Assembly (NCBI GenBank): GCA_964016885.1
Contig: OZ024760.1
Span: 26,660,001 to 26,724,000, forward strand
Direction: 5' to 3'
DNA from: Eledone cirrhosa
Taxonomy: Eukaryota
Length of the DNA: 64,000 nucleotides
Under the pieces are notes generated by a model. That model made no database searches, was not told the DNA's origin, and saw only the letters and a list, made by a program, of their open reading frames with translations. Both the position numbers and the translations under genes were made by a program. Below, in pieces: positions 1 through 13,160 of the stretch; position 1 is the stretch's first letter; every line of letters begins with the position of its first letter.

Positions 1-326
1 TATATATACAATATATTTAGAAACACACAGATACATGCGGACACACACATATACATGAATGTATCCGCACCCAACCGTGAGTTAATGGTGCCAACCTCAC
101 CGATGTTGCTCAATGAATGACTGGGACAGACCAATCCGGTTGAATTAGACTGAACCAGTATCAGAGTTAAAAATACATTATGAAGAGAGAAGAAACATTT
201 AGATATAATTAGTAATAAAATGTATCATACCTAAACTGATCCTAGATTCCTCGACTATGTAGTTTCGTGGCATAAACAAAAACAATGCATCATAAAGATA
301 TAGAGTCCTTGCGAGGTCTGCCGACT

Positions 327-1540
327 TATGAGTATGTATATGTGTATGTATGTGTCTATATGAGTATGTATATGTGTATATATGTGTCTATATGAGTATG
401 TATATGTGTATATATGTGTCTATATGAGTATGTATATGTGTATATATGTGTCTATATGAGTATGTATATGTGTATATATGTGTCTATATGAGTATGTATA
501 TGTGTATATATGTGTCTATATGAGTATGTATGTGTATGTCTGTGTCTATATGAGTATGTATATGTGTATATATGTGTCTATATGAGTATGTATATGTGTA
601 TGTATGTGTCTATATGAGTATGTATATGTGTATGTATGTGTCTATATGTGTATATATGTGTCTATATGAGTATGTATATGTGTATATATGTGTCTATATG
701 AGTATGTATATGTGTATGTATGTGTCTATATGAGTATGTATATGTGTATATATGTGTCTATATGAGTATGTATATGTGTATATATGTGTCTATATGAGTA
801 TGTATATGTGTATGTATGTGTCTATATGAGTATGTATATGTGTATTTATGTGTCTATATGAGTATGTATATGTGTATATATGTGTCTATATGAGTATGTA
901 TATGTGTATGTATGTGTCTATATGAGTATGTATATGTGTATATATGTGTCTATATGAGTATGTATATGTGTATATATGTGTCTATATGAGTATGTATATG
1001 TGTATGTATGTGTCTATATGAGTATGTATATGTGTATGTATGTGTCTATATGAGTATGTATATGTGTATATATGTGTCTATATGAGTATGTATATGTGTA
1101 TATATGTGTCTATATGAGTATGTATATATGTATGTATGTGTCTATATGAGTATGTATATGTGTATGAGTATGTATATGTGTATGTGTATGTGTCTATATG
1201 AGTATGTATATGTGTATGTGTATGTGTCTATATGAGTATGTATATGTGTATGTATGTGTCTATATAAGTATGTATATGTGTATGTGTCTATATGATTATG
1301 TATATGTGTATATATGTATCTATATGAGTATGTATATGTGTATGTATGTGTCTATATGAGTATGTATATGTGTATGTATGTGTCTATATGAGTATGTATA
1401 TGTGTATGTGTCTATATGATTATGTATATGTGTATATATGTGTCTATATGAGTATGTATATGTGTATGTATGTGTCTATATGAGTATGTATATGTGTATG
1501 TGTGTGTCTATATGAGTATGTATATGTGTATGTATGTGTC
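327..1540. repeat. 32-bp minisatellite (TATGAGTATGTATATGTGTATATATGTGTCTA)n, ~38 copies
   Basis: TGAGT recurs at 361, 393 and onward with period 32. Confidence 0.95.
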
Positions 1541-1599
1541 TGTGTAATTGTTACTATGTGTTCATTCATAAATATATGTGTGTGTGTGTGTATGTGTAT

Positions 1600-1685
1600 A
1601 AAATGTAAACAGAAATAACAACACAATCCGTACAGTATAGGGAAGAAATATATTAGTTTAACGCTTGAAATAACAGGAGGAGGAT
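1600..1685 (-). mobile_element. Fragment homologous to the 3' part of the hammerhead-bearing insert at ~27180-27370
   Basis: Reverse complement matches 27290-27370 (...CAAGCGTTAA..TATACTGTAC.GATTGTGTTGTTATTTCTGTTTAC). Confidence 0.75.
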
Positions 1686-1724
1686 AGATATATGTATATA
1701 CATATACATATATCTATCCTCTAT

Positions 1725-1774
<50 letters not shown>

Positions 1775-1848
1775 GGAGAGAGAGGGGGAGAGGGAGTTAG
1801 ATAGATAGATATGCATGTATTTATAAATGTATGGTTATGTATGTTTGC

Positions 1849-1895
<47 letters not shown>

Positions 1896-1942
1896 TGTGT
1901 GTCTGTGTGTATGTGAGTACATGTATATTTATATATGTTTAA

Positions 1943-1977
<35 letters not shown>

Positions 1978-2025
1978 TGTGTGTCTGTGTGTATGTGAGT
2001 ACATGTATATTTATATATGTTTAAG

Positions 2026-2086
<61 letters not shown>

Positions 2087-2399
2087 CCTCAGAAAGTTGT
2101 CTTTGATTGTAAATAAACGCAATACCAATGTAATTTATATGTATTTTACCATTCAATAAAGTACTTGCTGCACTCGAAAAACAGTTAAAAATCAATCTTA
2201 TCGCTTTTTATCTCACTTCAAACTTTGATTTCTACCAATCAACAAACATACCGACAAATCTATCAATCTTGTAAACTTTGTGAATTCATTCGTAACCAGG
2301 ACATTATATTTGAACAACATGGCTTTTGGAAAAAAAAAATATATGTCCTTCGTTATTTATCTAGTCTTCGAAATGGCTGTTTAAATTTTCAAACTAAAT

Positions 2400-3420
2400 T
2401 TCCACCTTTCGTTACTACATTTTAATGAAAAGTTCTGTCCATTATTTTCAAATTATTTTTTAAATAATCGAGTGTTTTGAAGCGTTTCATTTATGTAGTT
2501 AACTATCTCATTATGAAATTGATGTTTAAAATATAACTTACCAAAATTTCTTAACCCTTTCGTCAAAATTTTTAAATTAAATTTCCACCTGACAAAATGT
2601 AACCCTTGTTTTATTATATTTTAATGAAAAGTTCTGTCCATTATTTTCAAATTATTTTTTAAATAATCGAGTGTTTTGAAGCGTTTCATTTATGTAGCTA
2701 ACTATGTCATTATCAAATTGATGTTTAGAATATAACTTAGCAAACATTCTTCAACTAAATTTTTAAACTAAATTTCTACCTGACAGAATTTAACCCTTTC
2801 GTTACTATATTTCTCATTAAACACACTGATTTTCAAATAATTTTCAAAATAGTCATGTATTATCTAGTGTTTCATTTATGTAGCTAACTATCTCATTATT
2901 AAATTGGTGTTCAGAATATAACTTAGCAAAATTTCTTAACCTTTACATCAAAATTTTGAAATTAAATTTCCACCTGACAGAATTTAACCCTTTCGTTACT
3001 ATATTTCTAATTAAACACACTGATTTTCAAATAATTTTCAAAATAGTCATAGGTAACTATCTCATTATTAGATTGGTGTTTTTACGGGGTTGATAAAATA
3101 AAGTACCAGTAATACACTGGAGTCGATTTAATCGACTTTCCCCCTCTCCAAAATTACTGGCCTTGTGTCTATAGTAGAAATCATTATTAGATTGGTGTTT
3201 ACAACTTAAATTTTCTTACGTAAAATAATTCAACCTTGAAATAATTTAACCATTTCGTTACCATATTCTTAATGGAAGACAGTGTTTAAGATTTTCAAAT
3301 ATTTTTGAAATAGTCAAATGTCTTGTAGAGTTTCATTAACTTAAATAACTTCTTCATCATCAAATTGGATTTTAAAACAATTTTTAAAATGTTCTTAAAT
3401 AAAATAATTAATTAATCAAG
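2400..3420 (+). repeat. Degenerate ~195-bp tandem repeat, ~5 units, starting (TT)AACCCTTTCGTTAC; possibly the amplified left end of a piggyBac-like MITE
   Basis: Unit starts near 2405, 2601, 2790, 2984 and 3246; TTAA-CCC is the canonical piggyBac terminus (origin is inference). Confidence 0.65.
3082..3180 (+). mobile_element. 5'-truncated SINE (family S1) with 20-bp target-site duplication
   Basis: GATAAAATAAAGTACCAGT core; TCATTATTAGATTGGTGTTT at 3062-3081 and 3181-3200. Confidence 0.85.
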
Positions 3421-3586
3421 GATTTGGGAGGGTTTAATTAATGCAACTAATTTTCTCGCAATTAAATTCGTTTTTAGAAACATAATTTAGCAACATTTCT
3501 TACATAAACATATAGGGTGGAAGATTTTTAGTTAAATATGTAAGTATATATGTATGTATATACATACATATATACTTACATATATA

Positions 3587-3664
<78 letters not shown>

Positions 3665-3714
3665 AAAATAAAGTTAAATAAAAGTCAAATGATTAAAATT
3701 TAGCTTCGTTTATT

Positions 3715-3769
3715 ACTGCTATATATATTTCAGTGACAGCCATCTTTGGCTGTGACCTCGTCAGGCAGT
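3715..3769 (-). ncRNA. Type I hammerhead ribozyme motif (PLE-derived insert 3662-3885)
   Basis: ACTGC-CTGACGA-stem II (ACAGCCA/TGGCTGT)-GAAA-TATATA-TA-GCAGT; homologs at 55775 and 60366. Confidence 0.8.
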
Positions 3770-3888
3770 TTGAATTAGTATGGTATTCGACAAGTACATA
3801 TGTTGTTTAGGTGTATGATATTGTCAATACTCTGATATGCCCAGTTCCTTGTTGGGTTGTTAATTCACTGGGGAACTGGAGTCATATA

Positions 3889-4135
<247 letters not shown>

Positions 4136-4149
4136 CATTCATTTATTTT

Positions 4150-4468
4150 GTCATAACCAAGAAAAATACTTTAAGGGTTCAAGTTTTCTTGTATAGAATC
4201 AACTATCCAAGAAAAACTTGAACCCTTAAGGTATTTTTCTTGGTTATGTCAAAATTTATAAAACAAACTTCGTATTTTATCTGAAGAAAGCGTACCAAAG
4301 TTTTGGTACCCTTGAAATATATATAATAGAATAAATATGGTTTTATAAATATAGTTTCCATTTATTTAATATCATTGAATATTATACTCCAGAAAATCTG
4401 TTGAGTGCTCTAAATCAGTTATAAACATTTATATTTGTTGAATTACCAACAAATTGAATATCCCTTTT

Positions 4469-4472
<4 letters not shown>
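4150..4472 (+). mobile_element. PLE-derived insert: inverted arms (4150-4250), hammerhead (4273-4333), bulged hairpin (4386-4406)
   Basis: TATTTTAT-CTGAAGA...GAAA-TATATATA-ATAGAATA; ACTC-CAG..CTG-TT-GAGT; flanked by (TA)n. Confidence 0.75.
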
Positions 4473-4519
<47 letters not shown>

Positions 4520-4741
4520 GTTTATACATTATATATATTATACATTAAATATATAAGGTTTATACATTAAATTTTGCTCTGATACTTACATAGAGCACTC
4601 TTCATTTCTATGACCTTTTCTGTTTCCAACGGAAATTTCAATACATATATATATATATATATATATATATGAAAAGTTATATTTAAATTGTTGTGTTACA
4701 ACTAGTAAATATTTATAACTGATATAAGACTGTTTATATTG

Positions 4742-4807
4742 TATTTTGTCTGAGGAAGGCATAGCATATTGTTAATATGTTATCCCTGAAATATATATAA
4801 TGAAATA
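4742..4807 (+). ncRNA. Hammerhead ribozyme motif
   Basis: TATTTTGT-CTGAGGA-stem II (ATAGCATATT/AATATGTTAT)-GAAA-TATATATA-ATGAAATA; homolog at 56271. Confidence 0.7.
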
Positions 4808-4926
4808 AATATGGTTTTATAAATATAGTTTCCATTTATTTAATAGTGTATATATATATATATATATATTTGCCTGAACGTGACGTTGTAATCACTAAAC
4901 TTAGAGGTAAAAGTAGTATATATACT

Positions 4927-4984
<58 letters not shown>

Positions 4985-5316
4985 GAGGTAGACAACGAAG
5001 AAGAGTAGGTGAGGTAGAGATGGGGTGGAGGAGGTGTAGATAGGAGTCTATAATTGATATCAAATACATCTGTTACCAAATATGTTGAGTGTCTGGGTGG
5101 GAGGAGGGGGGTTATGACAAAACACTGAACAGAGATAGAGAGGGAGAGAAAGAGTGAGACAGAGATAGTCATGTACAGAGAGAGGGGGTTACAGAGTGAG
5201 AGAGAGAGAGAGAGAGAGAAAGTGCGTGTGTGTGTGTGTTTGAAAGAGAGGGACAGAAAATGAGAAATGGGGATACACAAACACACACATATATATATAT
5301 ATATACACACACACAT

Positions 5317-5359
<43 letters not shown>

Positions 5360-5367
5360 TATGTATG

Positions 5368-5483
<116 letters not shown>

Positions 5484-5495
5484 TATATATATATA

Positions 5496-5664
5496 TAACG
5501 AAGGAGTTGTGGTAAGGAACCAGGTGGACCATAACGCACCATAGTACTGAGAAAAGAGTCAAGACCACGACGGCAGAGCTCAAGCCGTTTCGACGGCTAT
5601 TTCAGTCCAGAAATAGCCGTCGAAACGGCTTGAGCTCTGCCGTCGAGGTCATACATTTTCCTAT
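5496..5664 (-). mobile_element. Family F1 fold-back insert (3' half of a hammerhead plus downstream tail) in (TA)n
   Basis: Inverted arms GACGGCAGAGCTCAAGCCGTTTCGACGGCTATTTC / reverse complement; ~11 copies in the window. Confidence 0.85.
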
Positions 5665-5703
5665 ATATATATATATATATATATATATGGATATGTATAG
5701 ATA

Positions 5704-5874
5704 AAGAGTCAGGACCCCGACGGCTGAGCTCTGGTCGTTTGAATCTGGCTGTCGAAACGGCCGGAGCTCAGCCGTCGGGGTCCTGACTCTTTTCCTATTA
5801 CCCACTCTACTACCCTAAGTATTGAGTACTCTGGTGGGTTATGGTCCATCTGGTTCCTTACCACACTTTCTTTG

Positions 5875-5877
<3 letters not shown>
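5704..5877 (+). mobile_element. Family F1 fold-back insert
   Basis: Same arms plus ACTC-TACT..AGTA-TT-GAGT hairpin and the GGTCCATCTGGTTCCTTACCAC tail. Confidence 0.85.
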
Positions 5878-5957
<80 letters not shown>

Positions 5958-6062
5958 ATTTAGTAGTAGGAGAGAGAAAGAGGAAGAGGTGAATACAGAG
6001 AGAAAGTGCGAGTGTGTGTGTTTGAAATAGAGGGACGGAGAGAGACAAAAATAGAGAAATTC

Positions 6063-6138
<76 letters not shown>

Positions 6139-6298
6139 GCGCACACACATATATACATATATATGAAGAGAGAGAGAGAGAGGGGGAGAATTAGTAGTGG
6201 AAGAATTGAGAGAGAGAGAGGAGAATGGAGTGAATCAATGTGTGAATTTGATTTTGATTTCCATATAAGGATATATAATATGAAATATTGATGGATCG

Positions 6299-6479
6299 AT
6301 CCTCCGTCGTTTACAACGGTGAGCGTTAAGCTGTCGATACAACCTAACATGCAACTTGTTAAATTGACGTGTAACTAGCTGAATATTCCACAGACACGTG
6401 TAACCTTTAGCGTAGTTCTCAGGAAGATTTAGCATGTCACGTTATATGACAAGGCTGACCCTTTGAATTACTGGTACAG
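6299..6479 (-). mobile_element. 3' part of SINE family S2
   Basis: Reverse complement aligns with 43240-43420 (CAGCCTTGTCA, CTGAGAACTACG.TAA). Confidence 0.7.
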
Positions 6480-6495
6480 TATATCTTGTATTATA

Positions 6496-7066
6496 GACAT
6501 ATTAAACTACACTGTCTATATTACACTGTCATGACATATTAAACTACACTCTCTATATTACACTGTCATGACATATTAAACTACACTATCTTTACTACAA
6601 TGTCTTGACAAATTAAACTACACTGCCTATATTACATTGTCTTGACATATTAAACTACACTGTCTATACTGCACTGTCTATATTACACTGTCTTGACATA
6701 TTAAACTACACTGTCTATACTACACTGTTTTGACATATTAAACTACACTGTCTATACTACACTGTCTTGACATATTAAACTACACTGTCTATATTACACT
6801 GCCTTGACATATTAAACCTTGCTGTCTATACTACACTGGCTTGACGTATTAAACTACACTGTCTATATTACACTGTCATGACATATTAAACTACACTGTC
6901 TATACTACACTGTCTTGACATATTAAACTACACTGTCTATATTACACTGTCTTGACATATTAAACTACACTGTCTATACTACACTGTCTTGACATATTAA
7001 ACTACACTGTCTATACTTCACTGTTTTGACGTATTAAACTACACTGTCTATACTACACTGTCTTAA
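6496..7066. repeat. 37-bp minisatellite (GACATATTAAACTACACTGTCTATATTACACTGTCTT)n, ~15 copies
   Basis: GACAT at 6496, 6533 and onward; the unit contains an internal TACACTGTCT duplication. Confidence 0.95.
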
Positions 7067-7167
7067 CACACAAACACTTATATATATATAACGAAGGAAG
7101 TGTGGTAAGGAACCAGGTGGTCCATAACGCACCAGAGTACTCGATACGTTGGGTAGTAGAGTGGGTA

Positions 7168-7380
7168 GGCGTGTCGCTGAGTGTTTAGAGAATTGGCTTC
7201 GCAATCGTGAGGTTGTGAGTTCGATTTCCAGACCGGGAAATACGTTATGTCCTTGAGCAAGACACTTTATTTCACGTTGCTCCTTCTGCCTGGATTTTGC
7301 GACCGATAGATAGAAATAGCAATTGGAAAGACCAATGGAAACGTTATTTCCACACAACTCGATGAGGGAATGGGATCTGG
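7168..7380 (+). mobile_element. tRNA-derived SINE S2 (CORE-like), abutting an F1 fragment (7089-7167)
   Basis: A-box-like TCGCTGAGTGTT, B box GAGTTCGATTTC, CORE-like GTCCTTGAGCAAGACACTT. Confidence 0.7.
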
Positions 7381-7442
7381 AATCTTGATAGATAGACATA
7401 TAAACACAAATATATACATACATATGCAACACACATATATTC

Positions 7443-7476
<34 letters not shown>

Positions 7477-7517
7477 TATATATATATATATATTAATTTA
7501 TTAAAATAAGAGATTAA

Positions 7518-7568
7518 AGTTTAAGCAAAGAATCGCTGCTTTCACCCTTAACGGGATCTTCTGAAACT
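7518..7568 (-). ncRNA. Hammerhead-like motif with variant core CAGAAGA (family F2; other copies ~15625-15700, 34690-34870, 48875-49075, 55455-55602, 58683-58722)
   Basis: AGTTT-CAGAAGA-TCCC/GGGT-GAAA-GCA..TGC-TT-AAACT. Confidence 0.6.
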
Positions 7569-7660
7569 CAATATTTGCTCTAGGGTTCTTATATATTTGA
7601 TATATATTTATCCTTATCTAGCCCTCTTCGGATTTTAGTCTTCACATTTATTATTATTAC

Positions 7661-7689
<29 letters not shown>

Positions 7690-7692
<3 letters not shown>

Positions 7693-7839
7693 ATTAGTGT
7701 AAACATTGATGCAATTCAAATCAAGCACTCAACGTACTTTTTCCACATAGGAGTGACGGAGTAAATATCGAATAAGGAAAAGCGAAGTAGTTTCAGTAAA
7801 GGTCTTGAACATCTGAAACTACTTCGCTTTTCCTTATTC

Positions 7840-7842
<3 letters not shown>
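7690..7842 (-). mobile_element. PLE-derived fold-back insert with bulged hairpin
   Basis: Arms 7770-7796 / 7813-7839; minus-strand ACTC-CGT..ACG-TT-GAGT at 7727-7762. Confidence 0.65.
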
Positions 7843-7877
<35 letters not shown>

Positions 7878-7878
7878 T

Positions 7879-8075
7879 ATAGGAAAATTTTTAACCCCGA
7901 CGGCAGAGCTCAAGCCGTTTCAACGGTTATTTCGGGTCCAGAAATAGCCGTCGAAACGGCTTGAGCTCTGCCATCGAGGTTAAACATTTTCCTATTACCC
8001 ACTCTACTACCCTAAGTATTGAGTACTCTGGTGCGTTATGGTCCATCTGGTTCCTTACCACACTCCCTTCGTTAT
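7879..8075 (+). mobile_element. Family F1 fold-back insert
   Basis: Same arms and tail as the 5704 copy, (TA)n on both sides. Confidence 0.85.
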
Positions 8076-8437
8076 ATATATATACTTCATTTTTTAATTT
8101 GTTTTGCAAGATTTCTTAATTGAAAACGTGTGTTGAAACAGATATTGTTATACTTTGGGACAGGCACCTCTTGATTTTCACTTCAATTTATTATAAATAT
8201 CCGGTTGGTTGGTTCGATAAACGGATGGTTGTATACATATTGTCGAAGCCCTTTCGTCACAGATTCTGTGACCTCCTCAGTGACTAGGGTTTTATTTTGT
8301 GTCTCTCCTTTGTTCTGTCCTACACCATCTTGTTTTTTGCGCGCTGTATGCTTAGTTTTCCACTAATTTATTATAAATTGAAGTGAAAACCAACAGGTAC
8401 GTGTGTTTTTATTGGCAACATGACCCTCCCAAAGTAT

Positions 8438-8481
<44 letters not shown>

Positions 8482-8485
<4 letters not shown>

Positions 8486-8665
8486 TTAATATAGATGAGA
8501 TTCTACAGGACTAGAACTGTTTCATTCATTAGAAATCATTGATGATTTCTAATGAATGAAACAGTTCTAGTCCTGTAGAATCTCATCTATATTAAAACTG
8601 TTATACTCTGCTATGTATTGAGTACCTTACTTACTGTGGTTACCTCCGATTCAACCCGGAATAAC

Positions 8666-8668
<3 letters not shown>
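8482..8668 (+). mobile_element. Fold-back insert (perfect ~58-bp arms) of the family also at 58795-58925 and 61210-61350
   Basis: 8482-8539 is the reverse complement of 8542-8599; ACTC-TGC..GTA-TT-GAGT at 8605-8623. Confidence 0.8.
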
Positions 8669-8746
<78 letters not shown>

Positions 8747-8900
8747 AGCTGTATTTAATTTGTTGGAATTCCGACAAACATAAATGTTTATAACTGATAT
8801 AGACCACTCAACAGTTTACTGGAGTAAAAACTAGCCAGCGAATTTCGAACCGTTAAGGTTGATTTCCATGGGTATATCGTTATTTATAAAACAAATTTTG

Positions 8901-8964
8901 TATTTTATCTGATGAAAGCGCACCAAGATGGCTTGGTCGCCCTGGAAATATATATAATAAAATA
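8901..8964 (+). ncRNA. Hammerhead ribozyme motif
   Basis: TATTTTAT/ATAAAATA stem I (8 bp), CTGATGA, ACCAAG/CTTGGT stem II, GAAA-TATATA-TA. Confidence 0.75.
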
Positions 8965-9013
8965 AATATGGTTTTATAAATATAGTTTATATTTATTAAT
9001 ATGTTGGTATATA

Positions 9014-9203
9014 GGGCGGTGGATTGGCAGTATCGGTAGAGGGTCGGACGCCATGCTTTCCAGCATAGTTACGTCCCTTTACGATCTGAGTTCAAATCCC
9101 GCCGAGGTTGATTTTGCCTTTCATCCTTACGGGATCGATAAAATAAAGTACCAGTAATGCACTGGGTAATTGCTGGCCTTGTGCCCAAAGTAGAAACAAT
9201 GAT
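9014..9203 (+). mobile_element. tRNA-derived SINE S1 (Meta-domain-like core), near full length, 14-bp TSD
   Basis: A box TGGCAGTATCGG, B box GAGTTCAAATCCC, core GCCTTTCATCCTTACGGGATCGATAAAATAAAGTACC; TATGTTGGTATATA on both sides. Confidence 0.85.
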
Positions 9204-9513
9204 TATGTTGGTATATATATACATATATATACTTATGTATAATATAATTTCATTTATATTTCAGTATGACTATCATCAAGTTGGTCATGGATGCTATTAA
9301 ACACCTGCCTGTACACTCGATACACGGAGTACACATGACACCTGGAGTACACCCGGAACCCTCTATATGATTGACAGGCGATGAAGATTACCCTACTACT
9401 CGATTCCATTAAACACTAACCATTTCTACTACACGGAGTAATAACTACCCTGAAATTAAGGTATGTGAACCATTTAATAGCTACTGAATAACTCATACAC
9501 ACACACACACACG

Positions 9514-9563
<50 letters not shown>

Positions 9564-9692
9564 TAGGAAAATGTTAGACCCCGACGGCAGAGCTCAAGCC
9601 GTTTCGGCGGCTATTTCCCACTCTACTACCCTAAGTAGTGTGTACTCTGGTGCGTATGGTCCACCAGGTTCCTTACCACACCTACTTCGTTA
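9564..9692 (+). mobile_element. Family F1 insert (internally deleted)
   Basis: Left arm joined directly to the CCCACTCTACTACCCTAAGT tail. Confidence 0.75.
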
Positions 9693-9719
9693 TCTATATA
9701 TATACTTATATATAAAACA

Positions 9720-9935
9720 TGAGAAGAAAGAAGAATACTGCGTGGTTTGCACATGGGTTACATATGATAAAAATAGTCCTTCGTCAGTGATTTTCCAACC
9801 ATCATTGGTATTTCATCGCATTAAAAATCAGATACCTCAGGTTGGTGCGAGCAATAACTAAAAAAAGTAATTGGGACCAGAATTCGCGTAAGGCGAGGGG
9901 GACAAGTAAACAACATAGAAGGATAAACACTACTT
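9720..9935 (-). mobile_element. Dispersed repeat family (also ~26525-26720, 32955-33185, 47855-48110) with hammerhead-like words
   Basis: Shared TCATCAGTGA..CCAACC..TTTCATCGC..ACCTCAGGTTGGTGCGA; fold not canonical. Confidence 0.6.
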
Positions 9936-10240
9936 ACTGTCCGTACTAACGAAGCAGCACTTCAGAAGCAATGTTATGCAGTATATTGCTGCGTTTCAGA
10001 TGATGTCCTTTGGAGCTGAAAAAGATCGTACTGACTATGGTTATTTCACAACATTTAAAATCCAAAGCCAGTTTACTCCCTCACCCTAATAAGGAAGTTT
10101 TATTATTGTTTCTCTCTCTCTCACTCTCTCTCTCTCTCTCTCTCTCTCACGCACACACTCACATTACGGTCTCACTTCATACCAGACAACACATCCAATA
10201 CAGTCGTTTTCTGTTTTATTCGACTTCTCTTAACCGTTTT

Positions 10241-10269
10241 CCCGGGCGAAGCCGGGTACCTCAGTTAGT
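10241..10269 (+). mobile_element. Possible Helitron/Helentron-type 3' terminus
   Basis: GC hairpin CCCGG-GCGAAG-CCGGG followed by a CTAG-like end (TTAG-T). Confidence 0.35.
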
Positions 10270-10650
10270 ATATATATATATATATATAAGGAAGCTTAGG
10301 AAAAATTATGTGTTCAGTCGGACAATACTGTAAATCAAATTAGATAATACAAACAAACAATTATCCATTCTGAGTATGGATGTCCAAAGATATCACAGAT
10401 ATCAAAAGGAAATCCGAGTTTTCGATATTTAATATGGTAACTACTAGTGTTCAGAATATACCGTGTCAGCCATTGGGAAAATTATCGTAGTGGTAATTTA
10501 GAATTAGACGGGAGGACAAAGGGTGAATAAGGAGACAGAATGGGATTTCTCTGTGTTTAGGGACGAAAAGCAAACAGAAAAGAAACGTGATATTTAAATT
10601 ATTTTAGATAATTAGCACTGTCTTAAATAAAGAAGCTAGATATTATACTA

Positions 10651-11510
10651 GAGGGTTGGACGCCATGCTTTGACACATAGAGTTACGGCCCTTTCCATTC
10701 GGAGTTCAAATCCCGCCGAGGTTAACTTTGCCTTTCATCCTTACGGGGTCGATAAAATAAAGTACCAGTAATGTACTGGCGTAATTGCTGACCTTGTGCC
10801 TAAAGTAGAAACAATTATTACAAGGTTGATAAAATAAAGTACCAGTAATGTACTGGGGTATTTGCTGGCCTTGTGCCAAAAGGCGAAACAATTATTACAA
10901 GGTTGATAAAATAAAGTACCAGTAATGTACTGGCATGATTGCTGACCTTGTGCTTACAGTAGAAACAATTATTACAAGGTTGATAAAATAAAGTACCAGT
11001 AATGTACGGGGTATTTGCTGGCCTTGTGCCAAAAGGAGAAACAATTATTACCAGGTTGATAAAATAAAGTACCAGTAATGTACTGGGGTATTTGCTGGGC
11101 TTGTGCCAAAAGGAGAAACAATTATTACAAGGTTGATAAAATAAAGTACCAGTAATGTACTGAGGTATTTGCTGGCCTTGTGCCAAAAGGCGAAATAATT
11201 ATTACAAGGTTGATAAAATAAAGTACCAGTAATGTACTGAGGAAATTGCTGGCCTTGTGCCAAAAGGCGAAACAATTATTACAAGGTTGATAAAATAAAG
11301 TACCAGTAATGTACTGGGGTATTTGCTGGGCTTGTGCCAAAAGGAGAAACAATTATTACAAGGTTGATAAAATAAAGTACCAGTAATGTACTGAGGAAAT
11401 TGCTGGCCTTGTGCCAAAAGTAGAAACAATTATTACAAGGTTGATAAAATAAAGTACCAGTAATGTACTGAGGAAATTGCTGGCCTTGTGCCAAAAGTAG
11501 AAACAATTAT
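10651..11510 (+). mobile_element. SINE S1 whose 77-bp 3' portion is tandemly repeated 10 times
   Basis: B box at ~10702; units start 10747, 10824, 10901 ... 11439; TATTATACT(A/G)GAG at both ends. Confidence 0.9.
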
Positions 11511-11962
11511 ACTGGAGTAAGGACGAGATATATATTGTTATATTATGTTGTTATAATATTGCCAGAAATATATAATATAACAAATTGAATGCCAGATAAA
11601 TTAACTGTAGGAATATAAAATATACTGCAGCAGAAACTAAGGCCTTAATCCGGGGACAGAGAATCAAACTCTCTACCCACACGAAATCGTTGTTCTAACT
11701 ATTTAACGTATTAGTGTAAACCCTGTTTTACTTTGGTTCATATCTTGATAATACTAGCTTAATTAAATCATTGACTGACTGGGAAAACTATCGATCGTAT
11801 ATCAGTCATATTCGATGATTTCGTTTCAATATTTTGATTTTATATATATATATATGTATGAATGAAGTAATTCCGTCGGAAAAGTCCAGGAAAAAAGGGT
11901 GCTCTATGTAGGTAACAGAGCTTAATTATTATTATTATGTAATAAACAACATAAGGCAATTA

Positions 11963-12022
11963 TTCCATTTACCAGTGGTTTCTTAAAAGCAAAAGGTTTT
12001 GCTTTCAATCCTCAGAATGAAA
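11963..12022 (-). ncRNA. Type I hammerhead ribozyme motif
   Basis: TTTCATT-CTGAGGA-11-bp stem II (TTGAAAGCAAA/TTTGCTTTTAA)-GAAA-CC-ACT-GG-TA-AATGGAA. Confidence 0.85.
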
Positions 12023-12054
12023 AAATCCTGGTCTGTTTATTATATATATATATA

Positions 12055-12327
12055 AGTAGAAGTGGTATTTAATTTGTTGGAAGTCCGACAAATATAAATG
12101 TTTATAACTGATTTAGAGCACTCAACAGTTTACTGGAGAAAATATTCAATGATATTAAATAAATGGAAACTATATTTATAAAACCATATTTATTTCATTA
12201 TATATATTTCAAGGGTACCAAGACAACAATGAAAGCGTACCAATGTTGTCTTGGTTACCCTTGAAATATATATAATAAAATAAATATGGTTTTATAAATA
12301 TAGTTTCCATTTATTTAATATCATTGT
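12055..12327. mobile_element. Head-to-head PLE-derived insert (family of 4150, 8743 and 24734)
   Basis: 12145-12230 is the reverse complement of 12245-12327; hairpin GAGCACTCAACAG..CTGGAG on the minus strand. Confidence 0.75.
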
Positions 12328-12348
12328 ATATATATATATATATATATA

Positions 12349-12840
12349 TTATAAAATAACAGGAGACTGGACTGGTGTAATTCCTTAAAAGGTTTATTAT
12401 GCTATGATCATTTCAATGACCGGGTTCAGTATGAATCCGGTGACATCATCAGGTATTCGAAATATAACAAAGGAATATAATAGACAAAAATCCATGGTGC
12501 TGAAAGTCAGAGACATGAGGGCGGCCGACCATTTAGCAGCTACTAGCGCGGTTAACCGCCCTCTATTATATTCCTTTGTCATATTTCGAATACCTGATGA
12601 TGTCACCGGATTCATACTGAACCCGGTCATTGAAATGATCATAGTATAATAAACCTTTCAAGGAATTACACCAGTCCAGCCTCCTGTTATTTTATAATAA
12701 TTAACTCCGTACTCGCACCACCAAGAACACAAACGAAGACGGGTGAGTTGCATTACATCGAGTGCTCTCCCTAATATTACATCGAGGTTGACCATACGGA
12801 ATGACCAGCTCTATCAAGTCGTGAACCAACAAACCTAAAT
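12349..12840 (+). mobile_element. Fold-back insert, ~135-bp arms, hammerhead at 12590-12647 (mirror copy on the minus strand ~12399-12456)
   Basis: ATAC-CTGATGA-ACCGG..CCGGT-GAAA-TGATCA-TA-GTAT; palindromic stem III ATGATCAT. Confidence 0.85.
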
Positions 12841-12879
12841 ATATATATATATATAATTATATGTATATATATATATATA

Positions 12880-12947
<68 letters not shown>

Positions 12948-12994
12948 ATTATATGTATATATATATATATATAATTATATATATATATGTATAA

Positions 12995-13042
<48 letters not shown>

Positions 13043-13063
13043 GTATATATGTATATATATGTA

Positions 13064-13108
<45 letters not shown>

Positions 13109-13160
13109 GTATATATATATATATACATATAATTATGTAATAAACAACACAATATAATTA

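Noticed and set aside
8241-8285. Weaker hammerhead candidates (8241-8285 -, 34590-34648 +, 63735-63770 -, 63977-64000 +)
   Set aside because: Stem I mismatched, core mutated, or motif cut by the window end; not listed as features
12397-12649. Mirror-image 81-aa ORFs on both strands
   Set aside because: Consequence of the inverted repeat; no protein features
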